NCBI RefSeq assembly: GCF_009914755.1
Contig: NC_060947.1
DNA length: 64,000 bases
From: the human T2T-CHM13v2.0 reference genome, Homo sapiens
Strand: one strand, 5' to 3'
This document shows positions 34,280-47,408 of this stretch, one piece after another. The first letter of the stretch is position 1; every line of letters starts with the position of its first letter. The translations under genes were made by a program, and so were the position numbers. Below the pieces are notes generated by a model that was given only the letters and a program-made list of their open reading frames with translations, was not told the origin of the DNA and searched no databases.

Positions 34280-35120
34280 ACCTCTGGGAGCAGCGCCCCC
34301 GCATCCCTCAGGCTGTAGCCTGCGGTACTGTTTTCTGCCAGAAGAGGCACTGCGGGGCGGCGCCCGCCCATTCCCACAGCTCCGGGAAGACCCGGGCGGC
34401 GGAGGCTTAGCCCCCTCCCCTCCCGCTTCTTCCTCCTCCTCCTCCTCCTCCTCCTCCTCCTCCTCCTCCTCCTCCTCCTCCTCCTCCTCCTGCTCCTCCT
34501 CCTCCTGCTCCTCCTCCTCCTCCTCCTCCTCCTCCTCCTCCTCCTTCTCCTCCTCCTCCCGGTCTGAGGGCGGCGGTCTCCGACTCAAGACCCTGGGGCT
34601 CCGGGTCTTCTTAGCAGCCGCCGCAGCAGCCGCGGCGACGTCACTGTCCTCTCGGCCTGGCACACAGCGCTCCGGCCGCCGAATGCCCGTGGACGCGCAT
34701 CTCTTCCCAGAGTTCCTGCTTCCTGGGCCAGCCAAAGCCGCAGGTGAGAACGTCCGCGGTAGAGGTGACACCCAGGGCCTGCGGGTCTCAGAGGCCCGGT
34801 GGCCTGCTCCTCTCCTCCTTGCCCAAGAAACCCCCACGGGGGCGCCTGCAGCGGGGACACCAAGTGCTCCCCGGAGCCCTGGGAGCACTTCTTCTGAGGC
34901 ATGGAGCCCCTGCTCAGGTGCTTCTGAAAGTTCCTTTGTGGACCCCAGAAACCCCTAGGCAACTGTCTGCCCCGCCCCGCGCCCCCGCCGCCCCCCGCCC
35001 CCGCAGTACCCCTCCGGCCCCCGACATCCCTGATGCGCATGCCCAGGGGCCCTGTGAGCTAGAAAGTAGCTGAGCTGGTGCAGTACCTGCTGGTTAAGAA
35101 CCGGAAGACGGTGGCGATCA
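34280..35120. promoter_or_regulatory. CpG island / probable promoter
   Basis: High GC and dense CpG; CRE-like gacgtca near 34637; clustered GC boxes at 34969-35020. Confidence 0.85.
34426..34559. repeat. Interrupted (CCT)n/(GGA)n trinucleotide repeat, ~45 units
   Basis: Directly visible; three single-base interruptions (read as K, Q, Q in the poly-E frame). Confidence 0.98.
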
Positions 35121-36590
35121 AAAGGGCAGACATGCTGAAGTATGTCATCAAAAGGTACAGGAGCTTCCTCCCTGAGATTTTCAAGAAAGCCTCTGACCTC
35201 CCCGAGTTAGTCTTTGGGTTCTATCTGAAGGAACTTGATCCAGCAGAGCACTCCTATGTCTTGATCAGAAAAATCGATCCTGCCCTGGTTTGGGGCCTGA
35301 CAGGCGACCAGGGCACACCAAAGACCCGGCTCCTGATGATTACTCTGGACTCGATCTTCATGCAGGCCAGCTGTGTCCCCGAGGAGGTGGTCTGGGAGGT
35401 GTTGAGGGTGTTGGAGGCACATTTCGTCTAAAAAGCATTTCGTCTTTGGGGAGTCCATGAAGCTCATCACCAAAGCTAGTGTGCAGCAGGAGTATCTGGT
35501 GCACAAATAGGTGTCCCACAGCAATCCCACGCTCTAGGTATTCTTGTGGGGGCTCTCAAAGGAAACAAGACAGATGGAAGTCCCGGAGTTTGTGGCCAAA
35601 GTGAATGACACCCACCCCAGTTCCTTTCCGTGGCAGTAAATGAGGCATTGAGAGAAGAGGAGGAGATACCCCGTGCCCGAGATGGCAGCTGCCGTTGGTG
35701 ACGTGACAAGTGCCAGTGTTAGTGCCAGTTCCAGTTCCAGGGCCTATGCCATGGCTGAAGCAAGCATCAGCACCAGCACCAATGCAAGTGCCAGTTGCCA
35801 GTGCCAGGGCTAGAGCCATGGCTGGAGCAAGTATCAGTACCTGGGACAGTGCCAGTGTGGTTGCAATCTCAGGCTAGTGTCAGGGACTCCTCCTGCCAGC
35901 AGTGAAGGCTGGGGCTGAGTCTTCACTTTGTTTTGCTGTGGGTAGTCAAAAGGGCCCCACAGCAGTGGGTGCTGGGGTCCTGACTTTTCAAGAGTCGAGG
36001 GGTAGAGTGGGGTTAGGGAGAACCTGCCGCCCATGGTATCTGTGTTCCAGTTCTATTTGTCTTTCTCAGTGATTTAGCTTTCAATTTGCATACTGCAAAG
36101 TTTTGTTTGCCTTAATTAACTTTCTTTTATAATGATGATCATTTTACAGGAAATAAACTGGTTAAAACTACATGATGACAGAATTATATCAGAGTTGAAA
36201 CAAACGCCATACCTAAGCATTTTTTTCAAAATCCTTTGTTCCATAGACACTTGATTGAGTACTTAAGTTGAACATCTAGGTCTATGAATGACGTTGGTCA
36301 AATGTTTTATTGTTCTCTGTTTCGGTTTTAGCAGGAGAGATTTGCTGTTTCATAAAAGAAATTGGGAGAGTATATCATTTTATGCCTGTAACTTATTATA
36401 GCATTGGAATAAGCTGTTCTTTGGAGGTTTGAGAGACTTTACCAGTACAATCATTCCCCCCCTCCCCCAAATATAAAAAGATAAAATAAAAAGCCGGTCA
36501 GTGTCTGTTGCACAAAATTACAACCGCTCTCTGCTTGTATTTGCCTAGTTCTCCAGAATGTAGGGAAAAATAAAAATTCAATGAATTAGA
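34600..36590 (+). ncRNA. FAM226B: FAM226A/B-type unspliced lncRNA over the MAGE pseudogene
   Basis: CpG-island start, MAGE-like 3'UTR, AATAAA at 36152, 36485 and 36569; position ~5 kb from an antisense FAM236 matches the recalled locus layout; ends and A/B identity inferred. Confidence 0.55.
34683..35905 (+). pseudogene. Type I MAGE-like pseudogene, single coding exon
   Basis: N-terminal MAGE motifs (RGDTQGL, PAAGTPSAPRSP). MAGE homology domain KVAELVQYLLVK...IKRADMLK..ELVFGFYLKELDP..HSYVLI...KHFVFGE..KLIT...FLWG...EFVAKVNDT..EALREEEE, then an Ala/Ser tail. Stops at 34956, 35060, 35429, 35508, 35535, 35637 plus frameshifts. Confidence 0.93.
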
Positions 36591-36604
36591 CACCTTGCTC
36601 ATCG

Positions 36605-36990
36605 ACTCATTTATTCAACATACATTTACTGACTACCTACTATATGTGAGGCACTGTGCCGGGCGCTGGAGATAGAGGAATGCACCAGACTCAGCCTCTG
36701 CCCCACATCTGAGAGTCTAGATGGGGCTGTCATGTAAGTAAATCAGCCAGATGTGGCAGTTTGATGTATTAATTGCCGGGATGAGGATAAGGACCAGGTG
36801 GTATGGGAGCCCGGAGGAGAGACACTTAACCCTGGGTGGTGGATGTCTGGGAACAAGGAAGGCTTCCTTGTAGTGAGATGCCATCTGAGATCTGAAGCAC
36901 TGAAGGAGTAGTAAGTGCAGTGTGTCCCCGAGGCAGGGTATTGTGGGCATCGGGAGCATTCCATGTTCTTCAGTGGAACTGGAAGGTTAG
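36605..36990 (-). mobile_element. L2 3' fragment
   Basis: catttattcaacatacatttactgactacctactatatgtg.ggcactgtgc. Confidence 0.8.
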
Positions 36991-39379
36991 AATTTGGGGA
37001 GACTGGGGAGAGATGATCTGGGGGTGGGGACCTGTACAGGAGCCAGGATCCTCAGTTGGTGGACTTCACAGCTGAGAGATTAAAAAATAATAGTAATAAA
37101 GTAAACGTGTAGTGGAAAGTGACTCTTTGGAAAGCAGCTGCTCTTGGCTCTTGGATGAGCCAGAGAAAAGACTCCACCTGTGGCATGCCTAGAAGCTGTC
37201 CTGGACTCCTGTCCCTGTGCAGTTTCTACAGTGCACACAGCAGGTGCTTTACATTCAGCATCCGTAAGGAGTGATGGGCAAGGGGGTAAGTGTTGCACTC
37301 ACCGGAGCTGATTCCCAGAAGCTACTGAGCAGATGTTCGCCCCTGAAGCCTGGGAGAGACAGAGCTCAGTGGGTTATATGACTACGGTTAGTTGTTGTTG
37401 TTGTTTTAAGAAACAAAGGCCTAGATGTTAGAATGGATAAGTTATCCTGTTTATACAGAGGGAAAACTGTTTGTAGGGGTGAGAGATAAGTCTAGACTAG
37501 CCTGGAGCGAAGCCAGGAAGAGCCTTGATGGCTCAAACCTGATTTGGCTGGCCCAGGAAGCTATGGAGGTTTCCTGAGCAGGGAAGGATCTGATGAAGGC
37601 CAAACCCTACCAAAATTACAGTGGCCAGCACCAGCGTGGTTTTCAAAGGACCAGTATTCTCCATGCCTTAGAATGGTCCTGGTGGGTATAGTGATCATAA
37701 TAACTAGCCTAAAATTATCTTCAGTTCTTAGAGATTGACATGCATGTTTTACATCCCTGCCCGTTGGCCTTGCAAAGCCTTTTTGTGCCCTTCGTCACAA
37801 ACACTGTGGGATCCTGGCACCAGTTCTCTCAGGGCCTACCCTAGGATATGTAGGATCCAGAGAATATTACACTGTAACCCCTCACTTGCATTCCTCTGCT
37901 GGCGTCAGGGAAAGGCTGGAGGTGGTGGTGGTGGTGGGGTGGTGCAGTGGGGGTGGGGGTATCATAATGTGAAAACATGCAATCTGAGGTGAATGGGGAA
38001 AGGGTTTTGGAAGGGCTCTGTCTTAGTTTGGGGTGGGGATAGTTGGAGCTGATTATGTGTACCTCAATCTGAGGCCTTTCCTCAAAATCCCGAGCCGCCT
38101 GCTCTCCATTTGAAGCCAATAAACATTGTCAGTTATGAAGGGTATATGCATTTGGGCAGGGAGAGATGATATTTTTTCTGCATTGTTACACTGAATTGCC
38201 CTCCTCAAGGCCATAGCAAGATACCTGTGGAAAAAGCATTGTCTATAGGTCACAGTCCTAACAGGTACTTAGGAAGAAGCAATGCTGTCCCATGACTATA
38301 ACCACATACATGAGTCCAGATACGTATGTATGTCTTAAGCTCCTCTCCATCTCCAACAGCCAACCCTATCCCGATTAAATATCTTTCTCAAGAGGTGTAA
38401 AAAGATATTGACCCATAAAACCACCAAACACTTCCAGATTTATTTCAGTCTTAATGAGAGAGAAGCAAGAGAATGTGCCAGCAGGGAGGATGGGTCAGCC
38501 TCCTGTGGGAGTGGGTCCTCGAGAGTGTTGCTGTCCCCTGGGCATGCTGAGACACTAGAGCTGCCCAGCCTGCAAAGCTGAGGACCCCACTCTGGGAGCA
38601 CCCGTGGGACTCAGCTCCTCATTCAGAAAGTGAACAGATCAATGTAATTTGACGTGGGCCTCTGTGAGGTCCTCCCACCCATTACTGTGTGTCTGAAAGG
38701 CCCGCCGTCTCTCCATTGACCTTGGTGATTGCTTGTGTTGCAATTTCTAACAGGTTAAAGGAACAAGTATGCTCCAACCCCCTTTGTAGAATTCTCCTGC
38801 TGATACTGTGTTGCAGCACATATCAAGGTCACCTCAGGAAGGCAAAAGAAAGAAAAAATGAAGCCCTCCTCTTATGAAAACGAGCAACGCGTAGGTGGAG
38901 ACGAGGTCGTCTGTTGGAAGGGCTCTCTCTCTTGCGGTGGGGTAGGGGGGCCTGGGAGCTCTTTGTCAGTTTAGGGGTTAATGCCTTTTCTGAGATCCAC
39001 AGATTCTTCCTCCACATGACCCTCCCGCCTCTGCATATAAACACTGCCCAGTTTTCCTCCGATATGAAGACCGTGCGCATTGCTGGGGGAAGAGAGATGT
39101 TATTCCGTCGTCATTCCTGCATGTAAGTGCCTCACCAGGGTCCGAGCTGCCAGCTGTGGAAAACTCACCATTGATTGGCCACAGCCCATCGCCACCAGGA
39201 CCCAGGAACAAGCAGCGCTGCCTCGAGGAGGAGGGCGGACAGCCTAACAGGGCTCAGGAAGATGCTAGCTCTCTCCCTCCACAACCCCACCACCACCAAA
39301 GCTGACCACCCCCACTTCACCCGACGTGTTGAAAGTTACATCAAATGCCACAAAGCAAAAACAGTCAAGCGTGCCAGCA

Positions 39380-39385
39380 TTTATT
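39380..39385 (-). terminator. Polyadenylation signal of FAM236
   Basis: AATAAA on minus strand 100 nt after the stop, followed by U/GU-rich tgtttttgctttgtg. Confidence 0.8.
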
Positions 39386-39484
39386 TCAGGCCTGGTGACT
39401 GGGACACTGCGGCGAGCAGGGGCATGGAGCAGCAGAAGGGGCTTGGTCACCGTTCATGGCTCTGTGTCTGTGGCTCCGGTGGTC

Positions 39485-40055
<571 letters not shown>

Positions 40056-40462
40056 GCTTCCAGGAGTGTGTGATGTGCCGGTAGGGACCGACAGGACTTC
40101 GTTGAAGACACCGGCGAAGCTCGTCACTCTGCCGGGTGCAAAGAGGCCGAGGGCCTGCCCCCTCCACGCCCCATTCAGCCCCTCTGCCCCTGCCCCATCG
40201 TCCCTCCCTCCTACAGCCTTGTGCTCCAGCAGGGGATACATTTCTGGTATGACACATTCCGTCTGTTCCTGTGTTTCTTACTCCCACTCCTCCAATCTTT
40301 CTTTCCTTTGTTTCTTCCTCCTGGCCCTCCCAGCAGGCTCGAGTCACGCTTCTGCTTGCTGAGCAGAACAGCCCCGAGGGTCCTCCTCGAGAGAACATGA
40401 TGTGTAGAGGTCTTCTACAGGTAGCTCATTTTATTTGGCCATGAATGGTTCATTGCATGCCA

Positions 40463-40570
40463 AGGTCACACATGGTCCTAGTCTGCCATGAGTGGGACCA
40501 TTCCGGTTTTAAAACTTAAAGGCCCCTGTCCCGGGAAAGCTCTCAGTCCCAGGGAAACTGGAACTACTTC
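40463..40570. mobile_element. MER94-like hAT fragment
   Basis: ccggttttaaaact.aaag.cccctgtcccgggaaa...ctcagtccc.ggg.aaactgg. Confidence 0.55.
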
Positions 40571-42063
40571 ATTCATGTGGACACTATTGTCACATTACTG
40601 TGCACTGTTTTTCTCACATTTAACAGTTGGACCTTGTAGATGAAATTGTAAGAGTGATCCTGATACCTAAGAAGTAGACATTTATGAGTAATCGATGTGT
40701 ATTGAAGGCTCTGTATATCTTCATAGTGTGGAGGTAAATGCAGCATTATGTGTTTGCCCCTGAATACATATCCACTAAAAGCCTATGATTGGACCTCAGC
40801 CATCACATCTGCTCTTGGGGTGTCACACCAGAGTTCTAGATGGACCCAGAATTGCAGAGAGACAAGGTCAGGGGAAGGAGCCGGGAAAGAGGTTAACAAG
40901 ACCACAGATGCTGCAGATGGGACTCACACGAAGATGTCCTTCCCACCAGCCAGGCCATCGCTGGCTTTGTAAGGTAATGAGATTAGCAACATTAGAGGTG
41001 CTGAAACACAGCCTGAGCGGTCACTTGTACCGTATGCTGCAGAGAGGAGGGTTCAAATGGTTTCAGACAGCCCTGTGATTCATAGGATTCGTGTGCAAAT
41101 CAGAGGTAAAGAGCCCTTAGCTTTCATGTAAATACGTAATTCCCTCTGACGTGTACAAAAATTCTCCTCAAAATCTTGTGAATTTCCAGGCAAGTGTTGT
41201 GAAATACTTAGAAACTCCTCCAAGAAGTGAGCAGGTCTCATTGTCTGTCCTATCTCCCTTTTCTCTCCTTGAATCTACTCCAGTTAGGCTTTCTCCTACA
41301 CCACTCCACTGAAACTTAGGAGTTAATTGAACATGAACCAATGAACAAGTGAAAGTAATGTTTCTTATAGTTGTATATGACTAGCTATGTGATTAAAATG
41401 ACCAAACCGGCAAGTTGTATTTAAATGCTTAATAAAAGCTAGGTTTAAATTGTTAACTTAAAAAATGAATAGAAATGAAGACCCAAGTAACTACACTGTC
41501 ATCTCCCAGCACAACTTTCATTCTCATATAAAGAAACTCATTTTCTAAGTAGGAAGGTTGTTCCAAACTGCTGGAAATTCCCAGGAAGAAAGGCCCAGGT
41601 TTTATGGAGCTTCCACCTGTTTCCTTGTAGACGCAGCCAACTGCCACCAGGTGGCAGAACAAGATGAGAAAACCGTGCCCCACGGAGTCCCTGAGCCCCT
41701 GCTGCTGCAGTTTTTGAGTGAGTTTTCTCAGGGGCTGGAATCACTCCTGGGGAACCATCCCAAGGTTCTGCCCTCTTAAGCTATTCCAGGGTGCACCCAG
41801 GGCCTGGTCCAGGGTTTCTGACGTCTATGATGACGCTTAAGGCAGTGACATCGATCAGCCGGGCCTCTGGGCTAGGAGACCCAGTTCACCTCCTCATTAG
41901 TAACCCTGGGATGTGGTAGTAGGTGGCTTTAGGCAGGATGAGGGGCCAGTTGTATCTGTCAGTATGTCAGGGTAGTGACATCTGTGATTCTGCAGGGACA
42001 TTTGAACAGCAGGGAATCAGAAACGCCAGAAAGTGAGGGTCCGCAACACAAAACCTTGCCAAC

Positions 42064-42528
42064 TGCTGTGGACTGAATTGCGTTCCCCCGCCCTGCAATT
42101 AATATATTGAAGCCCCGACCCCTAATGGGACTGTATCTGGAGCTAGAGGCTTTAGGAGGCAATTAAGGTTAAATGAGGTCATAAGGGTGGAGCCCTGCTC
42201 CTACAGGATTAGTGTCCTTATGAGAAGAGACGCCACAGAGCTCATTGTATCTGTCAGTATCTCGAGGTAGTGACAACTGTGCTTCTGCAGGGACATTTGG
42301 GTAGCAGGGAGGTCTCTTCTTCTCTGCACTGCATGCACCCAGGAAAGGCCATGTGACGTCTTAGCAAGAAGGAGGCAAACCATGAGGAGAGCCTTCAGCA
42401 GAAACCAAATCGGCCAGCACCTTGATCTTGGACTTCCCAGCTGGCAGAACTGTGAGAAAATAAATGTCTGTTGTTTAAGTCACCCAGCCTGTGGTATTTT
42501 GTTATGGCAGCCCGAGCGGACTAATACA
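42064..42528 (+). mobile_element. MLT1A-type MaLR solo LTR
   Basis: tgctgtggactgaattg...gactaataca; 5-bp TSD ccaac at 42059-42063 and 42529-42533. Confidence 0.9.
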
Positions 42529-43129
42529 CCAACCTAGCGGTTTTTCAAAGAAAGGAGTCCCGGGCTGGCCCAGGAGGCCAGGCTGCTCAGTCCCCGAAGC
42601 CTGATGGCAGGTGAGGTGGACAACCCTGTTGTCCCGCCCAGTAACATTTCCTTTTTTTTTTCTGAATCTCCTTTGAGAAAATAAGCTGCCTCTGTGCAAC
42701 TGCCTTGAATGGACCCAGAGTTCTGCAAAGAGTCAGGGAAGGGCTGTGAGTGATGGTGATAAGACCCGCCCCGCACCACCCTGTGGATGGATGGGATTTA
42801 TATCGAGAAAGGCTACGAGGTCAGCCCCTCGTAGCTTTATACCATGTCTCCCTCAGCTGAGATTAAACAAGTGTGTAGGGATTCAAGAAAAAGTTGATTT
42901 TTTAATTTGGAGTGGTTGTTACAGGGAGTAGGGGTCAACTGGATTTTGCCAGCCCTGAGATTGAACTGGATAAATTACAGGTAAATTATATGTGTGAAAG
43001 CACTGGGTACATGAGAGGATCTCAATACAATTTCGTTGACTTGCACGCAAGTTTCGCAGAAGCTCCTGCAAGAGGCGAAGTGATTCTTATTATGACAAAT
43101 AATAACAGTTTCTTTTTATTAAAGACCTA

Positions 43130-43810
43130 GTAAGTACAGGTATATCACCTGTTTACAATACTGTCTTATTTATGCAAATAATCCTCGTGTATGAAAACAA
43201 TACAGACAAAACAATAGTCTCCCTTGTCCACCCCTCTCCGTCACCAGCCCCCTCAGCAATGGTTTAATGTGTTTCCTCAAAAATTCCTCAATCGATGCAT
43301 TTACATACACATACATGCACTAATAGAAACATACGCTTGTCTTTTATGGGGCCATAAGATACAGACTGGCTCAGGATGCACGTATTGTGTGGCACTTGAT
43401 TTTTGCATTTTACAGCAAGTCTGGGTGAACTTCTCCTGTCAGTTCATGGAGAACTGTCTCATCATTTTTAACTTCTGCATAGTGTTCTAAGTGATATGCC
43501 ATAATTCTTTAACTACTTCCATACACAAGGACCTTCACATTTTTTTCCTCAACTTTTAAAGTTCTCAAAAGTTTTTCCAATATCTTTGTTTGCAGAGGAT
43601 GTGTCGCTCTAGAAGAGATACACATAAATAGAATTTTGGCACAAAACCCTACAAATATTTCAACACTGAGTAGCCGTTGATAAATGGATCTGAAAAGAGG
43701 TGGCAGCAATTTATTCTCTCAGGAGCAGTGTAGGATAGTGTTCATTGTCCTTCACCGTCGCTCTTGATGTTATTCATCCCTTTAACTATTTGCTAATCTG
43801 GTGGTTGATA
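43130..43810 (-). mobile_element. Ancient L1ME fragment
   Basis: Diverged antisense L1 3' region. Confidence 0.55.
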
Positions 43811-45087
43811 TATAAAAGGTTTTGAGACAAAGCCTTCCTTACAGAATCTGTGAAGGTCCAGGGCTGGTCATGCCTGCAAGCCCATACTCAGATGTCGCCT
43901 CCAGTGGGCTGGGTGGGGAGAGGCTGAGAAAGGCACAACAGAGTACAACAGAGAGTGACAGGAGGAAGTTTCGGGGTCCATGAGAAGGCTCAGACAGGGC
44001 ACCCACTCAGCCTTGGGGATGTTAATGGAGTCAGTGGAGGTTTCCCAGAGGATTAGGTGCCTGAAAGGCGTGAGGAAAGAAATTAGACAGGGAAAGGGAG
44101 AGGAGGAACAGCACTTGAAGCACAAAGACCAGGCCACTGAGGTGATTTTGGAAACTGCAAATAAGCAGACCCAGTTTCTATTCTGTGCACTTGTAGCAGT
44201 CAAGGTTGGCTACCATGAAACGGTGCTGGATCAGAAACGTGTGTCCCAGTGGAGACTCTGAGTTCCTCTGCTGCAGTTCTCTAGAATGAGGGTGCTCAAT
44301 CAGGGGCTAGCCTGAGTTCCAAGGTCCAGCCCTTGAGGATCTTCTGGGTTGCATCCAGGCCCTGGCCTAGAGTTTCTGAAGTCTGTCATGGGACATAAGA
44401 TAGTGATACATATATATATAGTCTCCTAAGGACCTAGCCTGGGAGACTCTAGTCAGCTGCCCACCCATTCTGTAGCTCTGGGGTATGAAAAGAAGCAATT
44501 TTAGGCAGGGTGAGATGCCAATGGTGTCATGCAGTATCTTAGGGGGTAGTGAGGGTATCCTTAGAGGATACTGAAAATACTTGCAATGGGGCTCATGGGA
44601 GGCATAATAGCCCCCAGGGCAGCAGTGCCATCAGGGGACTTGCAACTAGGCAGCTGGCTGACACAGCAGGTAGCTGTGAATGTAGTAGTCCCCTAAGCCA
44701 CGGGGTCACTAAATGTGTGAGAAGAACAAGAATTTGGAGGTCATTTAGCCAAAGATTTCAGTATGTCAATAGGGCAATGGAAGCTCAAGAAGGTATAGCA
44801 ACTTGCTCAACACAGAGAGAAAATGTATCACTATGGTGAGACAGTGAAGGGAGGACACTGTGACTAACACTGACAGATGAAACCTGTCTTCCCCTGAACC
44901 TGAGAGGTTCTAGAAATCAAGAGCCTGTGCAAATGGGTCATCACAGCAAACAGCTTGAGGAGGTTCATGGCAGCCAGGTCCCAATCAGCAGCAGTGTTGT
45001 GCCTCTGAGGATATAATGTGTGAGGCTGTGTTGGTGTGTGAATCAGCCTCTGGTGGGTGGTGAACAGGGGGCTCCAGGCTGGCGTTC

Positions 45088-45189
<102 letters not shown>

Positions 45190-46697
45190 AGAGGTGAGGT
45201 CCCCTTGACACCAAGCCCTGCTCTATTAAATCCCCTATGACTACTTGGGTTTTGACTGCTGTTTTCCAAGTTATGGCCCCTCGTAACCCACTGGATTGGT
45301 TGGACGGTGGTATCGTTGCAGACAAGGGTCCTCCCTCTGAGCCCAAGGGAAGGAAGGAGGGAACAAGGTGGCCTCAAATCTTGTCCCCTGGGCCTGAGCC
45401 TCTTAAGCTACAGTGGCAGCTTCATCCATATCTGTGTCCCACACAGTCTCATATCCCTTGCCCTACCCACATTCAGCCAGCCCAGATTCATTTCTGGACT
45501 GGAGAAAAGGCCTCAGCACCTCCAGGAAGACAGCTCTGAGTCCAGACATTGAAAACATCTGGTTCCTGCTGAGCAGGAGGCTCTGGGCTCCAAGCTAGAG
45601 GAAATAAAAGGAATACTTCTCACCCTTATCCCAGATCAGAGAGTCCAGGCACAGCAAAGCTCTGGTGGACACATGCTCATTGATTTGTTTTCTTCAATAA
45701 AGGTTTATTGGTGCCGTGCTGTAGGTAAAGCCCTGTGTCCAGGTACTGGCTGTTCCAGGACTAACAAGGCAGAGCTCATGCTCCAGAGATGAGAACCTGG
45801 GTGAGGACAGTCATGCAAATTAAGCTGCCAGAGGGGGCAGTCTAGCATGAGAAATGCTATGATAGAGAAGAGTACACAGTATGTTTGTGTGTTAGTCAAA
45901 TATTTCATCATATAGATAGGGAAATGGAAGCCCAGAAAGGTATAGCAACTTCCTCAAGGTAACACAGAGAGAAAATGTATCACTATGGTGAGACAGTCAA
46001 GTGAGGAGACTGTGATTGGGACTGGCATGGTGGAGGGGAGACATGTTACCAAGGGAAGAAGGACGTGTTCTTTTTGAGGGTAGGAACATCAGAGATCAAA
46101 AGGACAAGTGACAGGCTGAGCAAGGAAATGGTGGCTCCAGAGGAGAGCCATAATGCAAAGGCCCTGAGGCAGGGCAGAATTAACAGCTATTTTCGGGGGT
46201 ACTGAAGGCAAATTTTAGCCACGCTGTGGAGAGAGACGAGGCTGTAGGAGAGGAGCAGAGTTGAGATGTCCAGATGGAAAGTCTGAGGGATGAGAGACAA
46301 TGTCCTGGATAGAAAGGGGCTCTCACAGAATCATCTCATTTGGATCTGGATGGTATAGAAGGAAGTCTCCATTGCTGGTCCAGGATGAGTCCTGGGCTCC
46401 CGTCCCTGTGCAGTTTTCTACAGTGCATACACTGGGCCTTCTAAACACACCAACTCTAAAGCGCAATGGTGAGGTCAGAGTGATGCCCACCCAAGCTGTT
46501 CCCTAGAAGCCAGTGATCGGATACCATCCTGTGTGGCTGGGGAAGCTGGCAAACAGTGCATAATGAGGACATTGATATGGGTTCATCTAGAATAAAACCA
46601 GGATGACATAAAGAAGGGCTGGGTTTCTAGTAGGGGTCAAATGAGTGTGAAGAGGCAGAATTGTGGGGTAAAGATATTGGAATCAGGCCTCGGCGAG

Positions 46698-46827
46698 AGG
46701 GGAAGGCAGAGAGAGAGAGAAAGTGAGGAGAGGGAGAGGAAGGGAGTGACGGAGGGAGGGAGGGAGGAAGGGATGGATGGGGGCAGGGAGGAAGAGAGGA
46801 ATCTAGGGAGGGAGGGAGGGAGGAGAG
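46698..46827. repeat. GA-rich low-complexity (GGGA)n tract
   Basis: Near-pure purine run. Confidence 0.85.
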
Positions 46828-47084
46828 CATTTGGTCCTTTGCATAAGGGATATGGCCTATGAGCTGCAGCCTGCTGGGGCTGCCTCCCTCACACCAGAAT
46901 TTTTGGAAAAGTATCCACTGTGATGGGCCTCTCTTCCTGGAGAACAGACGCCTTTGTCCTACTTGCTAGGAAGATATTTTTCCTGCACTGTTTTTGGGTT
47001 TTGGTTTTTGTTTTTTGGCACTGGAATGACCCGGAGTCACCCGGGAGCTCCCAAGAGGAGGATGCAGGGTCCCAGGTCAACTAT

Positions 47085-47320
47085 ATTACTACTCATGGCT
47101 GCCACTTACTGAGGGCCTAATACACATCAGACACTCTGTCGTGTGGATTACATAAGCTGACACTTATCTTTCCAACGGTCCTGCAAGTTCAATGTCAGTC
47201 AAATTTTACAGGGTGTAATCTGGAGCCGGAGACTTCAAGATACTTGTCCAAGGTCACACAGATATTTACTGACAAAGCTGGGACTTGACCCCAGGTCTGA
47301 CTAAAACGTGGGCGCACCAT
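47085..47320 (-). mobile_element. MIR SINE
   Basis: acttgtccaaggtcacacag...aagctgggacttgaccccaggtctgact. Confidence 0.75.
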
Positions 47321-47408
47321 GCACCACCCTGGCACCTGAGAACCCCTCCCAGCCTTAATGGAGCCTTCTGTGTCTTGCACCCAGTCCCTAGCCCCCAGAT
47401 ATTCCTGC

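Noticed and set aside
34034-34888. 284-aa minus-strand ORF with poly-Glu
   Set aside because: It has a non-ATG start, stays open only because of the GC-rich island and the GGA repeat, and shows no recognisable domain.
35078-35431. 117-aa MAGE ORF as a functional CDS
   Set aside because: It has a GTG start preceded by an in-frame stop, a truncated domain and multiple downstream stops and frameshifts.
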